Source: Octopus sinensis (taxonomy: Eukaryota). From it: DNA of 64,000 nt. Shown in pieces: positions 1 through 12,556 of this stretch. The notes beneath the pieces were generated by a model. It had not been told where the DNA came from. It worked only from the letters and a program-made list of their open reading frames with translations, and did no database searches. Every line of letters starts with the position of its first letter. Within the stretch, counting starts at the first letter, position 1. The position numbers were made by a program, and so were the translations under genes. The stretch is from the NCBI RefSeq assembly GCF_006345805.1, contig NC_043013.1, forward strand, positions 37,386,001 through 37,450,000, read 5' to 3'.

Positions 1-54
1 ATGATGATAATAATAATAATAATAATAATAATGATGATGATGATGATGGTGGTG

Positions 55-112
<58 letters not shown>

Positions 113-789
113 TAATAGCAACAGCCACTGCATATAATAATAAAACAATAAAAGACGAAATGCAATCTAACCAAAACAAATCGGGTTTCCGGCAGAATAC
201 TGGTTTCATTTGCTGATGTGACATTAATAAGTTAACATGTCCACAACACAGGCCACGAATGTATAAAACAATACATGGTCAATAACTTTGCTTTTTGTTT
301 TTGTTTTGCGCGTTTGATATGCTTATGCTTCCATTTAAACCGACCACTTTCATTTCTAATTGATTTTACGTAAGTCTTTAAAGCAGCTTCATACATATTG
401 TTTTTCCAATGTTTTTCTATTCATTTATATTATTATTTCTCATTGCTCAGATCAGCACAATTTGCAGTTGCTGTCGTCGTTTTGTACCCCGTCCTCCTTC
501 TCCTCTCCTCTCATCTCAGGTCTGATGATGCTGATCTATGGCAGAATCGCTAGAGTGTCCTGTCAATATTGCCTTACTGTATTCTTTCAAACTCTTAACA
601 TTCTGAGTTCAAATCCTGGCAAGATCAAATATACTTTCATTACTCTACTCTTTTGTTCATAAAATAAAGTACCGATGATGTGATGGGATTAAAGTACTCG
701 ATTAAACATATTTCCCTTAAAAGCTGCTGACATTGTGCCTGTGCTGTCAACAAGTATGTAAACATTCCATTCTGAGACAATGTTAAGCT

Positions 790-1410
790 GGCGAGCTGGT
801 CGAATCTTTACGATCTGAGTTAAAATTCCGCCAAGGTCAACTATGTCTTTCATCCTTGCGGGGTAGATAAATTAAGTACTAGTTGAGTACTTAATTGAGG
901 TCAATGTAATCGACTTACCAACTCCCCCGAAATTGCTGGCTTAGTGCGAAAATTTGAAATCATTATTATGAGATAATATTGAAGGTAGCAAGCAGGTAGA
1001 ATCGTTAGTGCACCAGTCAAAATGGTTAGATGCATTTTATCCGTCTTTACGTTCTGCTTTCAAATACAACCGTAGTCGACTTTGCTGTCACCATTTTAGG
1101 GACAATAAAAATAAGTAGAGTCCAGCACAGGGGTCGATGTAATCGACTAGTCCCTTGTGCCTATAAAAGGAAAGAATGGATCATTACGTGATGCTGCAGA
1201 AGATGGCAAGCTGGCAGAATCTTTAGCACACTCGGCAACAAATACTTACCGTCATCTCGTCCGTCTTTACGCTCTCAGTTCAAATCTCGCCGTAGTCGAC
1301 TTTGCCTTTTTATGATTTCAAGTTCCAGTTGAACTCTGATGTCGATGCAATTGACTTAAACACCTCCTCGAAATTGCTGGCCTTCTCTCAAAATCTGAAA
1401 CTGTTATTAT
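790..1410 (+). mobile_element. Three adjacent family-B SINEs (790-967, 984-1168, 1205-1410)
   Basis: Each has a GCTGGCAGAATCGTTAG-like head, a TTCAAAT B-box and a GTCGACTTTGCCTTTCATCC...GGGTCGATGTAATCGAC body. Confidence 0.8.
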
Positions 1411-4009
1411 GAAATATTGTTTACCAAGAATACATTATGTTATGCGCTCTTGCTTTTATAAGGCTACAAGCGTGGCTTGAGGAAAATTCGGTCGTTACAT
1501 TTTGCAAATGAAGTGACGAATCTGTGGCTACTTTGTTTACACGACGCCATATTTTAATGCTTGACATACACGAATGCTCTAACGTGGATTGTCCGCTCCA
1601 AGCGGATATGAAACTCTGATACTAGATTCTATGCTGTGTTTGTTTACATGAATTTCGCCGGCTCTTACAAAAGCCTATTAATAGATACTGGTGATCAAAG
1701 ATAATCAAATATATCTTTATTCTGGCAACATAAACATGACCAAAAATCCTGTTTCATTATCTATTTGTTGCTACTGACTGTTACCACTGGCCGCATCGAT
1801 AATAACATAGGACAGCAGAATAAACAAGGCAGGGTTCTTTTCCTGCCTACTGCTGTTTAAATACCTTCAGAACCAAGACAACTCACTTCAAAATGTCCTA
1901 ATGTCGACAACAACAGAATTCATACTATCCGGAATTACAACTGCCTAGCAAGCACTCACACATAAAAGCACACACACACATACACACACACATACACACA
2001 CACATACACACACACATACACACACACACGCCTACACAGACATGCACACACGATTAAATGAACCTTCATGAGAATCACATAATACATTTCTAGTACACTG
2101 ACTTACAATTTTCTATCAATAAGATCTGGTACCATTGTAACATCGGAACAGGTTAATAGTATATAATAAAGTGTGCGAAAGTGTGAGCTTGTATGATTGT
2201 ATCATTGATATCTTTAATAGCGTTTGAAAATAATTTTCCTTCTTAATAAACTGAAAACGAAAAATTAAGCAATAAATCAGACGCTTGTTTTCATAGATGT
2301 ACCACAAGAGTCACCACTATATTACGAGTAAAATCATTTTCTTCTGTATCGTCTCCAAATTTCAACCCTATTCCCCACTAGAGGCTTGTGTGTATGGTAG
2401 GGCTCACATACCTCCAGGTTTTTCTATTTTTTTCAAAACACTAAGAGTTGTTATACTGATGATTTAAGAATCTCTGTTTTAATATATTTGGAGCGTTTTA
2501 GGATTTTATCTATGTTTATGAATGCGCTCTTTAAATTTTACAGGTCTGTCGTAACAGTCCAACCCTCTTAAAGTTTATTTTCTGGTATCGAAATTGCATC
2601 AATTTGTAAGTTGCCTATTGCTTTATGTGCGATTGTTTTTTAGTGGTATTATTCTTGATTTATTTTTAAGCGCCATAAAACATTTCCAGGTTAAGTTAAG
2701 AATACACATAGACAAAGTAGGAAATTCACAGTAAGATATGGGTAATTTCAGACGCTCTCCTAGAAATGCTAACGGAAGCAGCATTTATGACGTCATAACT
2801 CCTAAAATGCAAAACCAAAAAGTACTTGCACTGCTCTACCGCCAAGTTTAATTTCGTATTTATAGAAAATTGCAATCATGACTTTGTAGGGATGGGTTTA
2901 TATAAACCCAATTTCTTGCGGAATATGGTGTAACAATAACTTGTGAGGAAAAGGGTTACTATCGTCGGTAATGAGTTGAGTAACTTTGGTTCTGGTTGCA
3001 AATTCGCCGGAGTTCAGTTTTGTATTTCGTACTTGTATCAAGTAGGGAATTTAATGTACTTTTACTATAAAGAACACTAGATCCCTAAGAAAAATTAATA
3101 CAGTGATAAGAAGAGAACCCCCACCGAATGTTTACTTTTGTATAACTACAAGCATATACGAGCAAATGCTGACCATCAACTTTTTCTCCCCAAGTTTTCT
3201 CTCAGCATGCGGTGTGCAGGGGGTACTTTTAAGATGCAAAAGTCTTTGCTCGCCGTAATGAAAGGCGAATTTCTTTCTTCCTCATTCTTACTTTATTTTC
3301 TCTCTGTTCTTTCTACAGAACACCCTTTCTGTCCAATGGAAGCGTAAAGCATATGTCTCACGATGTAACAGCTATGCATTTCCCTTGGACATGATCACTA
3401 TCTATGTATTTCTCTCCCTAAAAGTATTGTCATGACGAAATCACGGCACGGATTCATTCAAAGGCAATTATAATGCGCTTTCAACATAATTATTTGCACC
3501 TCTTTCTCTACACACAGAAGGAAAATATAAACATGATACTCTTCTTTATCCTTAGCAAAAATATAAGGCCTTATGTACAAAATTAAAAGCTAAAATCGAT
3601 ATATGTGTTTACTTAATGTGTTTAGAAGACAGGTAGTTAAAAACAGGGCATGCTGACATTTTCAAATAACAATAACGGAAATCTATATGTTTATTTGAAG
3701 AGTAATCGATTACTTATTAGTGCTGGAGCAGATTGAAACCATTGGAAACGTGATTGTTTTATTGTTTTATTGCTTTTTTTTCTAAGTTTTCGTCTTAATT
3801 CACACTCAATTTTGAAGTAAACTATTCCCATTGAAGGGACTAATATCTTTTCCTGCTTATGTATGTATGTATGTATGTATGTATGTATGTATGTATGTAT
3901 GTATGTATGTATGTATGTATCTATCTCTCTATCTATCTATCTGTCTATCTATCTATCTATCAACCTATCTAGAAAAATACTTACACAGATATGCATATAA
4001 AACCAATCC

Positions 4010-4057
<48 letters not shown>

Positions 4058-5622
4058 TATATATATACACGCACATAGTTATAGATACATAGGTAATATA
4101 TCTATCATATTTATCATATGTATTATATATATGACAGCATATATTCCTCATATATACGGATGTGTGCGTGATACAATCACAAATCTGCTAGTATCAAGTA
4201 TAATCTTTTGTAGTTGCCCTACCCTAACTAGTGTTGTGAGAGAAAGAGGGAACAAGTACGTTGTGAAAGTATTAAATAGAATGTTGAGAATGACCAACAT
4301 AAATTAGGTGTATTAGATAATACTGCGATACTGCTGTACGTTGGAGAAGCAAATAACACCATTAACCAAATGTATATATTGTGCGAGAGTACGACGCCGC
4401 CTGGCGAGAATGGACTGGGCCATAAGTAGTAGCGATCAAGTTCCCGACCCCTATTTGTCCCGTGTATTGTCCCCTCTTTGTTTAACCCTTGTGGTTTGAA
4501 TAAAATCATCGTGCTAGTTTCATAGTTCGTGTGTTGATAGTTCAAATTTGCAGCTCAACTGTTACAGTTCGCGCTAGCGTGTTCGATTACTCATAAGAGA
4601 TTCTTAAAAGATTGTTGCTACGTTCCGAGTGGCTATTGCCGTTTACTACGATTGCAGTGTATTCGTTTAGCCATAAGGATATAAGTATACAGTGAATATA
4701 TATGAATAGACTTTTTGTAATATTCCACTTGTTTAAGAAAAGAGGACCAATGGTTTAAATATTCTCCACTGCAAGGCTCATCATATTACACACATCTACT
4801 TGTCCCTGTTCAATGTTGTAAAAAGAAGCTTTTTATATGCTTGTTTTGGCAGTACTTGGGTCACCTTTCGTATAGAGGTTTAAATCCTTATTCTAAATGT
4901 TGTCGTTTGTAGAAATTCGTAAGTTTTCTCATTCATCCCTTGAAATTTTGGGCCTGATATTTTAGAGTGTCTTTCCTGTTTGCGCTGCGTTGTGACAGAC
5001 ACTTTCTGTTGATGAAAGACCTGTATCGCTTTTTATGAAGTGATATCCTTTTTCAACAGTATCGCTGGTTTTAGGCTCTTTTTCTTTCTTAAGTCATCCT
5101 CTGAGCCATCTCATTTATTTATTTTTCCGAAGATATATATTTTTGTTATAAATTTTATCAATGTAAACAATCCAAAAGAGCTCTGACTCTACATGTTTAT
5201 TATTTCCCTACCGATTTGCCTGTACTTTGAAAGCCGAAACTACCATCCTCGCATAAGGGCAAATAAAATTAGTACAGTTTAAACTGGTAATATTCATAGC
5301 CTTGCCCTTTTGCATTGAGCATGAAATAACCAGGGGTATTAAATCGCATTGCTGCTAATTTATCGATCTTTGTTGTACTGTAATGAGTTTCTTTCGTTAC
5401 TAGGAAAATCTAACGTTGATTTAATTTTTTTTTACTTGCTCACGTTTACCAATCCTGTTTCCCAATATTAAAACTTAATATTTCTTAATATTTCTTATAA
5501 TTTGAATAGGGCGCCACTTTTGTGCAACGAAATTTGAACGCATGCTTTTATCATGTTTGCTATCTCTCTTCACTCTGATTAATAGTTTTCTGTATGTTTT
5601 TCAGAATAGTGTGCAGTGTGTC

Positions 5623-6670
5623 ATGGAGCAGTTTACCGTCGTGAAGACATTTTACCAAAACAGAGAAAATGCAACGCAAATAACTCGAGCACTTCGTACC
5701 ATTTTAGGGAGAAATGAAGCCCCCTTCGAGTCTATGGTTCGCAGACTAATGATGAAGTGTAAAACAACTGGTTCCGTGGCAACCGCAGAAATCACCTGGG
5801 CGGAATCGTTCTCGTCGCACAGAGTAACAAATTGCTGTTTTGCGAGACATTGTCACTCTGAGTCTGGGAAGATCGATTCGCTGACGTTCGCAGCGGCTGG
5901 GCATCCAACCACTTCATTACATCGAATTTTGCATAAAGATCTCTATATGCATGCGTAAAAAATTCAACTTATGGAGCATATTCAGCCAAATGGCGGCGGG
6001 CGGCGAAGGGAATTTGGTGACTGGGTTGTGGAGAGACTTGCAGGTGTCGAAAATTTTGCAAAGAAAATCATCTCCAGTGACGAGGCTCACTTCTACTTGA
6101 GTAAATTTGTCAATAAACCGAATTGCAGGATTTGGGGAAATGAAAATCCTCAAATAATGTAAGAGCGTGAAATGCATCCACTGAAAGCGACTGTGTGGAG
6201 AGATTTTTGGGCAGGTGGGGTGCTTGAACCGTTCTTCTTTAAAAATAATGAGGGAAATGCTGTTACCATTAATGGAGAACATTAACCGAAGTATGATATC
6301 CACTCAGTTATGGCCGAACTTGGAAGATGCGGATATTGACAATCTCTGGTTCAGCAGGGTGGAGGGACCTGCCACACTTAGCGCCAAACGCTTACATTAA
6401 TCCACGAAAATTTTCGACTAAGAGTGATATCCTTGCACAGTGACCAGCAATATCCACCAAGTTCCTGTGAACTTATCCCTTGTGATTTCTTCTTCTGTGG
6501 TATGCGAAATCACAGATATGCGTCAAGAAACCACGCACAATTCCTCAACTCAAGGCTGAAATCAGGCGTGTGACTGGAGGCATCGGGCCAAACATTTGGG
6601 AAAAAGTTACCGGACATTTCGAGGAGCGCATAAATATATGCAGACTCAATGCAGGAAGTACATATGACAG
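5623..6670 (+). pseudogene. Tc1/mariner transposase pseudogene, DD41D (rosa-type) spacing
   Basis: Motifs KIISSDEAHFYLSKFVNKPNCRIWGNENP, WF-QQ[G]GGTCHT and YPPSSCELIPCDFF. There are 41 residues between the second catalytic position (mutated D>G) and the third. Multiple stops and frameshifts. TIRs not identified. Confidence 0.85.
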
Positions 6671-7226
6671 AGTAAGTACGAAGATTAAGACAAAATAAGT
6701 CTTGGAATCGATTCGTTTCACTAAATCTCCTCTAGGCCGCAATCTAACCCTGCAAAGCCGCAGTCAAATGACTGAAAGAAGTTAAAGAACAGAAGAATAT
6801 GTGTGTACGTATCTGTAGTTATCTACTATGTATGTATGTGTAATTGTGTGTGTTTATGTATGTCTAGGTATACGTAAACACAAATCTACTAATTATAGTA
6901 ATGTTACTAAGTGACAAATAAAAAAATCTAATACACCGATGCAATAAAAACATTAAGTATTATTTACATCTAGAGGAGGATTGGTTTGCCGAAACTAAAA
7001 TTTATTTTCATATGAAAAAAAATTTATGTCTCTATTTATAAAAACAATTATGTTATCAGATTTTATGGTTATATTTTAGTATTTTTTCAGTTTCTAAAAT
7101 GAAATATGATTCATTTAAATACAAAAGAATTGAATTAGAACACAATAAATAAAGTTTTAAAGAAGAGCGAAATATATATGTCTGTATATATAGAAGAAAT
7201 TGAAAAGACTTGATCTGTGTATATAG

Positions 7227-7464
7227 TCTTTTACTCTTTTACTTGTTTCAGTCATTTGAATGTGGCCATGCTGGAGCACCGCCTTTAGTCGAGCAAATCG
7301 ACCCCAGGGCTTATTCTTTGTAAGCCTAGTATTTATTCTATCGGTTTCTTTTGCCGAACCGCTAAGTTACGGGGACGTAATTACACCACCTCCGGTTGTC
7401 AAGTGATATTGGGGGGACAAACACAGACACACAAACATATACACACATACATATACATCCATCC

Positions 7465-7548
<84 letters not shown>

Positions 7549-7713
7549 GACGAGCTTCTTTCAGGTTCCGTCTTCCAAATCCACTCACAAGGCTTTGGTC
7601 AGCCCGAGACTATAGTAGAAGACACTCTTCCAAGTTGCCACGCAGTGGAACAGAACCCGGAACCATGTGATTGATAAGCAAACTACTTACCACACAGCCA
7701 CTCCTACGCCTAC
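7227..7713 (-). mobile_element. Full-length family-A SINE (tRNA head, V-domain-like core, internal (TA)n, LINE-derived tail)
   Basis: Minus strand reads GTAGGAGTGGCTGTGTGGTAAG..GGTTCCGGGTTC..CAAAGCCTTGTGAGTGGATTTGG..(TA)n..GGTGCTCCAGCATGGCC..TGACTGAAACAAGTAAAAGAGT. Confidence 0.9.
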
Positions 7714-7853
7714 ATATACATATATATATATATATCTATTTATTTATTTATTTAAATATTTATATATTCATGTATCTATGTATATACTGCCAGATATAGA
7801 CAGATATATTTATATGTGCATACTTATATATACATATACATATATATATACAT

Positions 7854-7895
<42 letters not shown>

Positions 7896-8704
7896 GCAGA
7901 TATTCAATACACACACACGTGTGTGTGTATGTGTATATGTTTGTCTCTATGTATGTCTGTGTACACTATATCATTCGTGATTTGCTCGCATATTTGCGAA
8001 ACGTTTTTGACAGCAGAGAAGTTCATTTTTAAAACAATGAATGCACTTTGTGACCCATCTGTGGCGAAATAGCTTCAATATTTGATACTAACCAAGCAAT
8101 AAATAGAGATAGAAAATATCTGCTGAAATATTGGTTGCCTAGTCCTGTCCAAACACCTGCACCTCCAGAACAAAATAAACACCACCACATATTAGGTAAC
8201 AAATAAAAAAAAATGTCAAAATGAAAAAGATTTGTTGATTGTCTTCTCGGTTTTTACTTTATTGATAACCGCCATTTTCGATTAGGTTTTCATCTTTAGC
8301 CAATGGCGCCTTATTCTCCATCTATTTTTTGCTCTTCTCTTCTTTACCCTCCACCCCACGCATCCTTCTTGCTCTGTGGCTTTCTGTTTTACTTTATCTT
8401 ATTCATCTATTCACCGTTCCTATTATATTTCTCCTGCTTTCAATATACCAGCGATTATTTGGCTATATTGCACAGAAGCTAATAGCTAATAACGGCCAAG
8501 GTAAAAGCCAAAGAAAACGCAAAAAAAATAATAAAAATGATAAATAAAACTAAACAACAACCGTGATGTCAGTGGATTTAGTGTCCCAAAAGGTTGAGCT
8601 TAATACATACATAGGTCAGTTAATTAAAAATAATTTAGTCTCAGATTATGTACTATCGAAATGCTGCAGCAATACTGTAATACATTGTACGCGTTATTGC
8701 AAAT

Positions 8705-9021
8705 CCTCTTCTTCTTCTTCTTCTCTTCTTCTTCTTCTTCTTCTTCTTCTTCTTCTTCTTCTTCTTCTTCTTCTTCTTCTTCTTCTTCTTCTTCTTCTTC
8801 TTCTTCTTCTTCTTCTTCTTCTTCTTCTTCTTCTTCTCCTCTTTCAGGGCGAGGGTGAAAAAAGTGGTTTATCCTTAATTTATCCGTCAAGAAGAAAATG
8901 GAAGGGATACAGAAATAGAAGGGGAAGGAGGGGGATGAAAAGGAATAGACAAATGATGATGATAATAATAATAATAATAATAATAATGATGATGATGACG
9001 ATGATGATGATGATGATGATG

Positions 9022-9089
<68 letters not shown>

Positions 9090-9190
9090 AAGAAGAAAGA
9101 GGAGGAGGAGGAGCAGGAGGAGGAGTATGAGAAGAAGAAGAAGAAGAAGAAGAAGAAGAAGAAGAAGAAAAAAAAAAGAAAAAGAAGAAT
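8705..9190. repeat. Compound microsatellite (CTT)n ... (ATG/ATA)n (AGA/GGA)n
   Basis: Directly visible. It is the source of the poly-L/S/E ORFs. Confidence 0.98.
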
Positions 9191-9453
9191 AAGAGTTAGG
9201 AACGAAGGAATATTGAGAGCAGAGTCAAAAAGGAAACCAAAGGAAGAAGTACAAAAAGGCCATGAAGAACAATTACACAAGATTAGGGACGCAAATTTAT
9301 AGACATATCAAAATACTCGAATTTCATTATTTATACTACACTCTCCTTTCATATTTGTATCTTTCTTGTATTCATATTTGTGTGTCTATCTATCTATCTA
9401 TCTATCTACCTGTCTGTCTGCCTATCTATATGTTTGTCTATATCTCTATGTAT

Positions 9454-9685
9454 ATATTTCTTTACTACCCACAAGGGACCAAACACAGGGGGACAAACAA
9501 AGACAGACAAAGGGATTAAGTCGATTCCATCGACCCCAGTGCGTAACTGGTACTTAATTTATCGACCCCGAAAGGATGAAAGGCAAAGTCGATCTCGTCG
9601 GAATTTGAACTCAGAACGTAACGGCAGACGAAATACGGCTTCGCATTTCGCCCGTCGTGCTACCGTTTCTGCCAGCTCGCCGCCT
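9454..9685 (-). mobile_element. Full-length family-B SINE
   Basis: Head GGCGGCGAGCTGGCAGAAACG, B-box GAGTTCAAATTCC, body and tail ..CCCTTGTGGGTAGTAAAGAAATA. Confidence 0.9.
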
Positions 9686-10254
9686 ATATCTCTATGCATA
9701 TGCTCATACATATGCATGCATACATGCATACACTCACACACAATGTGTAGCTGATAGTGAAGAATTATCTATCCGAACAAAATAATTCTATAAGCTCTTT
9801 GTTCGCACACCAGGCCAACACTTTTGCTTAGATCATTGAAGAAGTCTGGGTATCCATATAGCAGGTTATGTTTCTTCACGATTCTAAATTCTAAATCCGT
9901 GGTTTGCCTCCTGTGAAACAGGTTTTCACACAGAATGGTATATAAGACAATGTATAAAAGTTAGTCGTTACGTTTCCGATATTAGGATGCTTACACCTGT
10001 TTGCTGTAGACATTACTGTAGGTTTACTCAATTGGCTTATTTGTCAGCTGAGAAAGATTGAACGACCTAAAATAATTACTGCTACTTACGTGAGAGTTTG
10101 TCTCACCAAACCAGCTGAGTAAGCCTATGAGTAATGAGGCTATTATGACTAATGGAAACAACAGAAAGCCAAATTTACTCATATACATATATACATATAT
10201 ATATTAGTGAATTGAAGAAATGGAGTTGAACGAAGATTGAACAGAAATCGTTTT

Positions 10255-10345
10255 ATTGCATTCTACACGTGTTTCGAAAGGCACAATTTACCAAATTCCG
10301 ATTGAATAAGGAGACCATATTGTGTCTTTCTCTTCAGGAAGAAAT
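10255..10345 (-). ncRNA. Type I hammerhead ribozyme motif (canonical core)
   Basis: Minus strand reads TTC-CTGAAGA-(GAAAG A CACAAT..31 nt..ATTGTG C CTTTC)-GAAA-CACGTG-T-A-GAA. Helix III ACACGTGT is palindromic. Predicted GUA cleavage at 10264. Confidence 0.75.
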
Positions 10346-10499
10346 AGGAAATCCGTTGGTAAAAACAAAAACAGAACAGAGGCGGAGCAAAACAAATCGA
10401 ACGAGGCTCCTAAGAGCCCATGGCCAAACTCTTAGGAGCCTCCTTCGATTTGTTTTGCTCCGCCTCTGTTCTGTTTTTGTTTTTTCCAACGGATTTCCT

Positions 10500-10590
10500 A
10501 TTTCTTCCTGGAGAGAAAGACACAATACGGTCTCCTTATTCAATCGGAATTTGGTAAATTGTGCCTTTCGAAACACGTGTAGAATGCAAT
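10500..10590 (+). ncRNA. Type I hammerhead motif, A6G core variant (probably impaired)
   Basis: CTGGAGA at 10508-14, helix II GAAAG/CTTTC plus CACAAT/ATTGTG, GAAA at 10570-73, then CACGTG, T and H17=A at 10581. Mirror copy of the left-arm motif. Confidence 0.6.
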
Positions 10591-10903
10591 AAAACGATTT
10601 CTGTTCAATCTTCGTTCAACTCCATTTCTTCAATTCACTAATAATATTAAAATTCAATTATCCGCACCAACGCACGGTTGCAACACCATATGGTTGTACC
10701 TCCAACCGTGCTGTCTTCTGCTGTGATTTTTGCTACCAAGGTATCGGTTAAACTTTTGATTAATCTGCAACAAGATTATTCATCTTTCTATTTCACAAAA
10801 TATATATATATTAAAATTATAGCTTAGCGTATCTAAGAGATACCGCCATGCTAAAAATAGTTGTCAGGATCTGACTCTAAAAGCACATTAAGTGTTCATA
10901 TAG

Positions 10904-12116
10904 CACAAGGCGATCAAAATGTATGCCTCCCGTTTATAGAGCCTAATTTTTTTCAAAATCTACTGCGCAGATGTAGCCCTTTGCCGGCAATGAAAAAAAA
11001 ACCCCCAACTTTTGAAACCGAAAATTATCCAGACTTATAACACTTAAGCATATCAAAGGGAAATGGAAAATTAACTAAAATTTTCACTTCCAGTGGCCTA
11101 ACGTGTAAAAATTTAGTCCAAAAAGATTATGCATTAGTCATAATATATAGTGTACATTTAAACACATAAGGAATCTACTCGTGGGATTCAACACGCTAGA
11201 AAGAACAGCTAGGTTCTATAACCACAAGAAATTAGGGATAAAATTCGACAGGAACTAAGTGAAAAAAAAAAAAAACATTTTACCATCATGTTTTCTGGAT
11301 CAATTGTCTTCTGATTTTAGTTTCGGAAGCAAATAACATTTACTCAGGAGGTGAAATCGTCATCAGCAGGTACACCTTGAGTTAAATATATAAACACGAG
11401 GCGATCGAACTATATGCCTCCTGTTTATACATCCTAATTTTTTTCAAAATCTACTGCTAAACTAAAATCAGAAAAAATTGGTCCAGGAAACTTGATGGTA
11501 AAATCTTTTTATTTTTCATTTCGTTCCTGTCGAGTTTTATCCCTATTTTTTGTGGTTATAGAACCTAGCTGTTCTTTCTAGAGTGTTGAATCCTACGAGT
11601 GGGTTCCTTATGTGTTTAAATGTACACTATATATATATTATGACTAATGCATAGTCCTTTTGGACTAAATTTTTACACGTTAGGCCTCTGGAAATGAAAA
11701 TTTTAATTAATTTTCCATGTCCCTTTGATATTTTTAATTATTATAAGTCTTTGGATAATTTTCTGTTTTAAAAGTTGGCATTATTTTATTGCCGACGAAG
11801 GGCTGCGTCTGCGCAGTAGATTTTCGAAAAAAAAAAAGGATGTATGAAAGGGAGGCATATAGTTTGATCGCCTCGTGTTTATATATTTAACCCAAGGTGT
11901 AGCTATTGATGAAGATTTCATGAGTAAATGTTATTTGCTTGCTAAACTAAAATCAGAAACCAAATGGTTCAGGAAACATGATGGTAAAATGTTTTTATTT
12001 TTTATTTCGTTCCTGTCGAATTTTATCCCTAATTTCTTGTGGTTATAGAACCTAGCTGTTCTTTCTAGCGTGTTGAATCCCACGAGTGGAGTCTTTATGT
12101 GTTTAAATGTACACTA
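10904..12116. mobile_element. Tandem and inverted copies of a ~487-bp hammerhead-bearing monomer (retrozyme-like / Penelope-derived)
   Basis: Full monomer at 11638-12116 (+), preceded by a partial monomer 11458-11629 across a TA spacer. An inverted partial dimer lies at 10904-11457. HHR remnants at 11295-11370 (-), 11461-11487 (+, 3' half) and 11902-11973 (+). Confidence 0.75.
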
Positions 12117-12517
12117 TAGTAATATATATATACATGTGTATACACACACACATATATATATATATACATTCATACATTCGACAGAATAGAGTAAAGAGAA
12201 TAGGAGTATCGTGGGATGGAGAGTCGCTGAAGAGGTCACGAGACATGTGACGAAATACTTCAGACAAAGGACATTAAAATGAGGACTAAAATAAACCTGA
12301 AGGGAAGCACGAGTATATAGTGCGTGTGTGAATTTGGCAAAAACAAAAAAAGAATACCATCCCAAAATATAGCTATATGTGATGGAAGGAAAAGATTTGT
12401 AGCCTCGTTGAAGGAACCCAACTTCTTAGGCATCTCGAGAAATGCCTTCAAATAAACGCCCACATCCATAAGTGTATTCTCGGATAGTTAAGTATTTTGA
12501 CAGACACATATACTTAC

Positions 12518-12556
<39 letters not shown>

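Larger units (their letters stand above)
10202..10643. mobile_element. 442-bp foldback/palindromic element, likely an inverted pair of Penelope-like terminal repeats, each arm carrying a hammerhead motif
   Basis: Arms 10202-10416 and 10429-10643 (215 bp each) are reverse complements with 4 mismatches and no indels, around a 12-nt spacer CCCATGGCCAAA. TA flanks both ends. This symmetry explains the near-identical ORFs 10269+ and 10334-. Confidence 0.9.

Noticed and set aside
4232-4566. Solo LTR
   Set aside because: TG...CA and AATAAA are present, but there is no matching TSD, PBS or convincing terminal inverted repeat.
9600-9685. tRNA genes at SINE heads (also 47040, 58427, 49066)
   Set aside because: They have A/B boxes but no complete cloverleaf, and they continue into SINE bodies.
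10269-10592. Paired sense/antisense ORFs as a protein-coding or toxin-antitoxin gene
   Set aside because: Their near-identity is a direct consequence of the DNA palindrome, and no protein family is recognisable.
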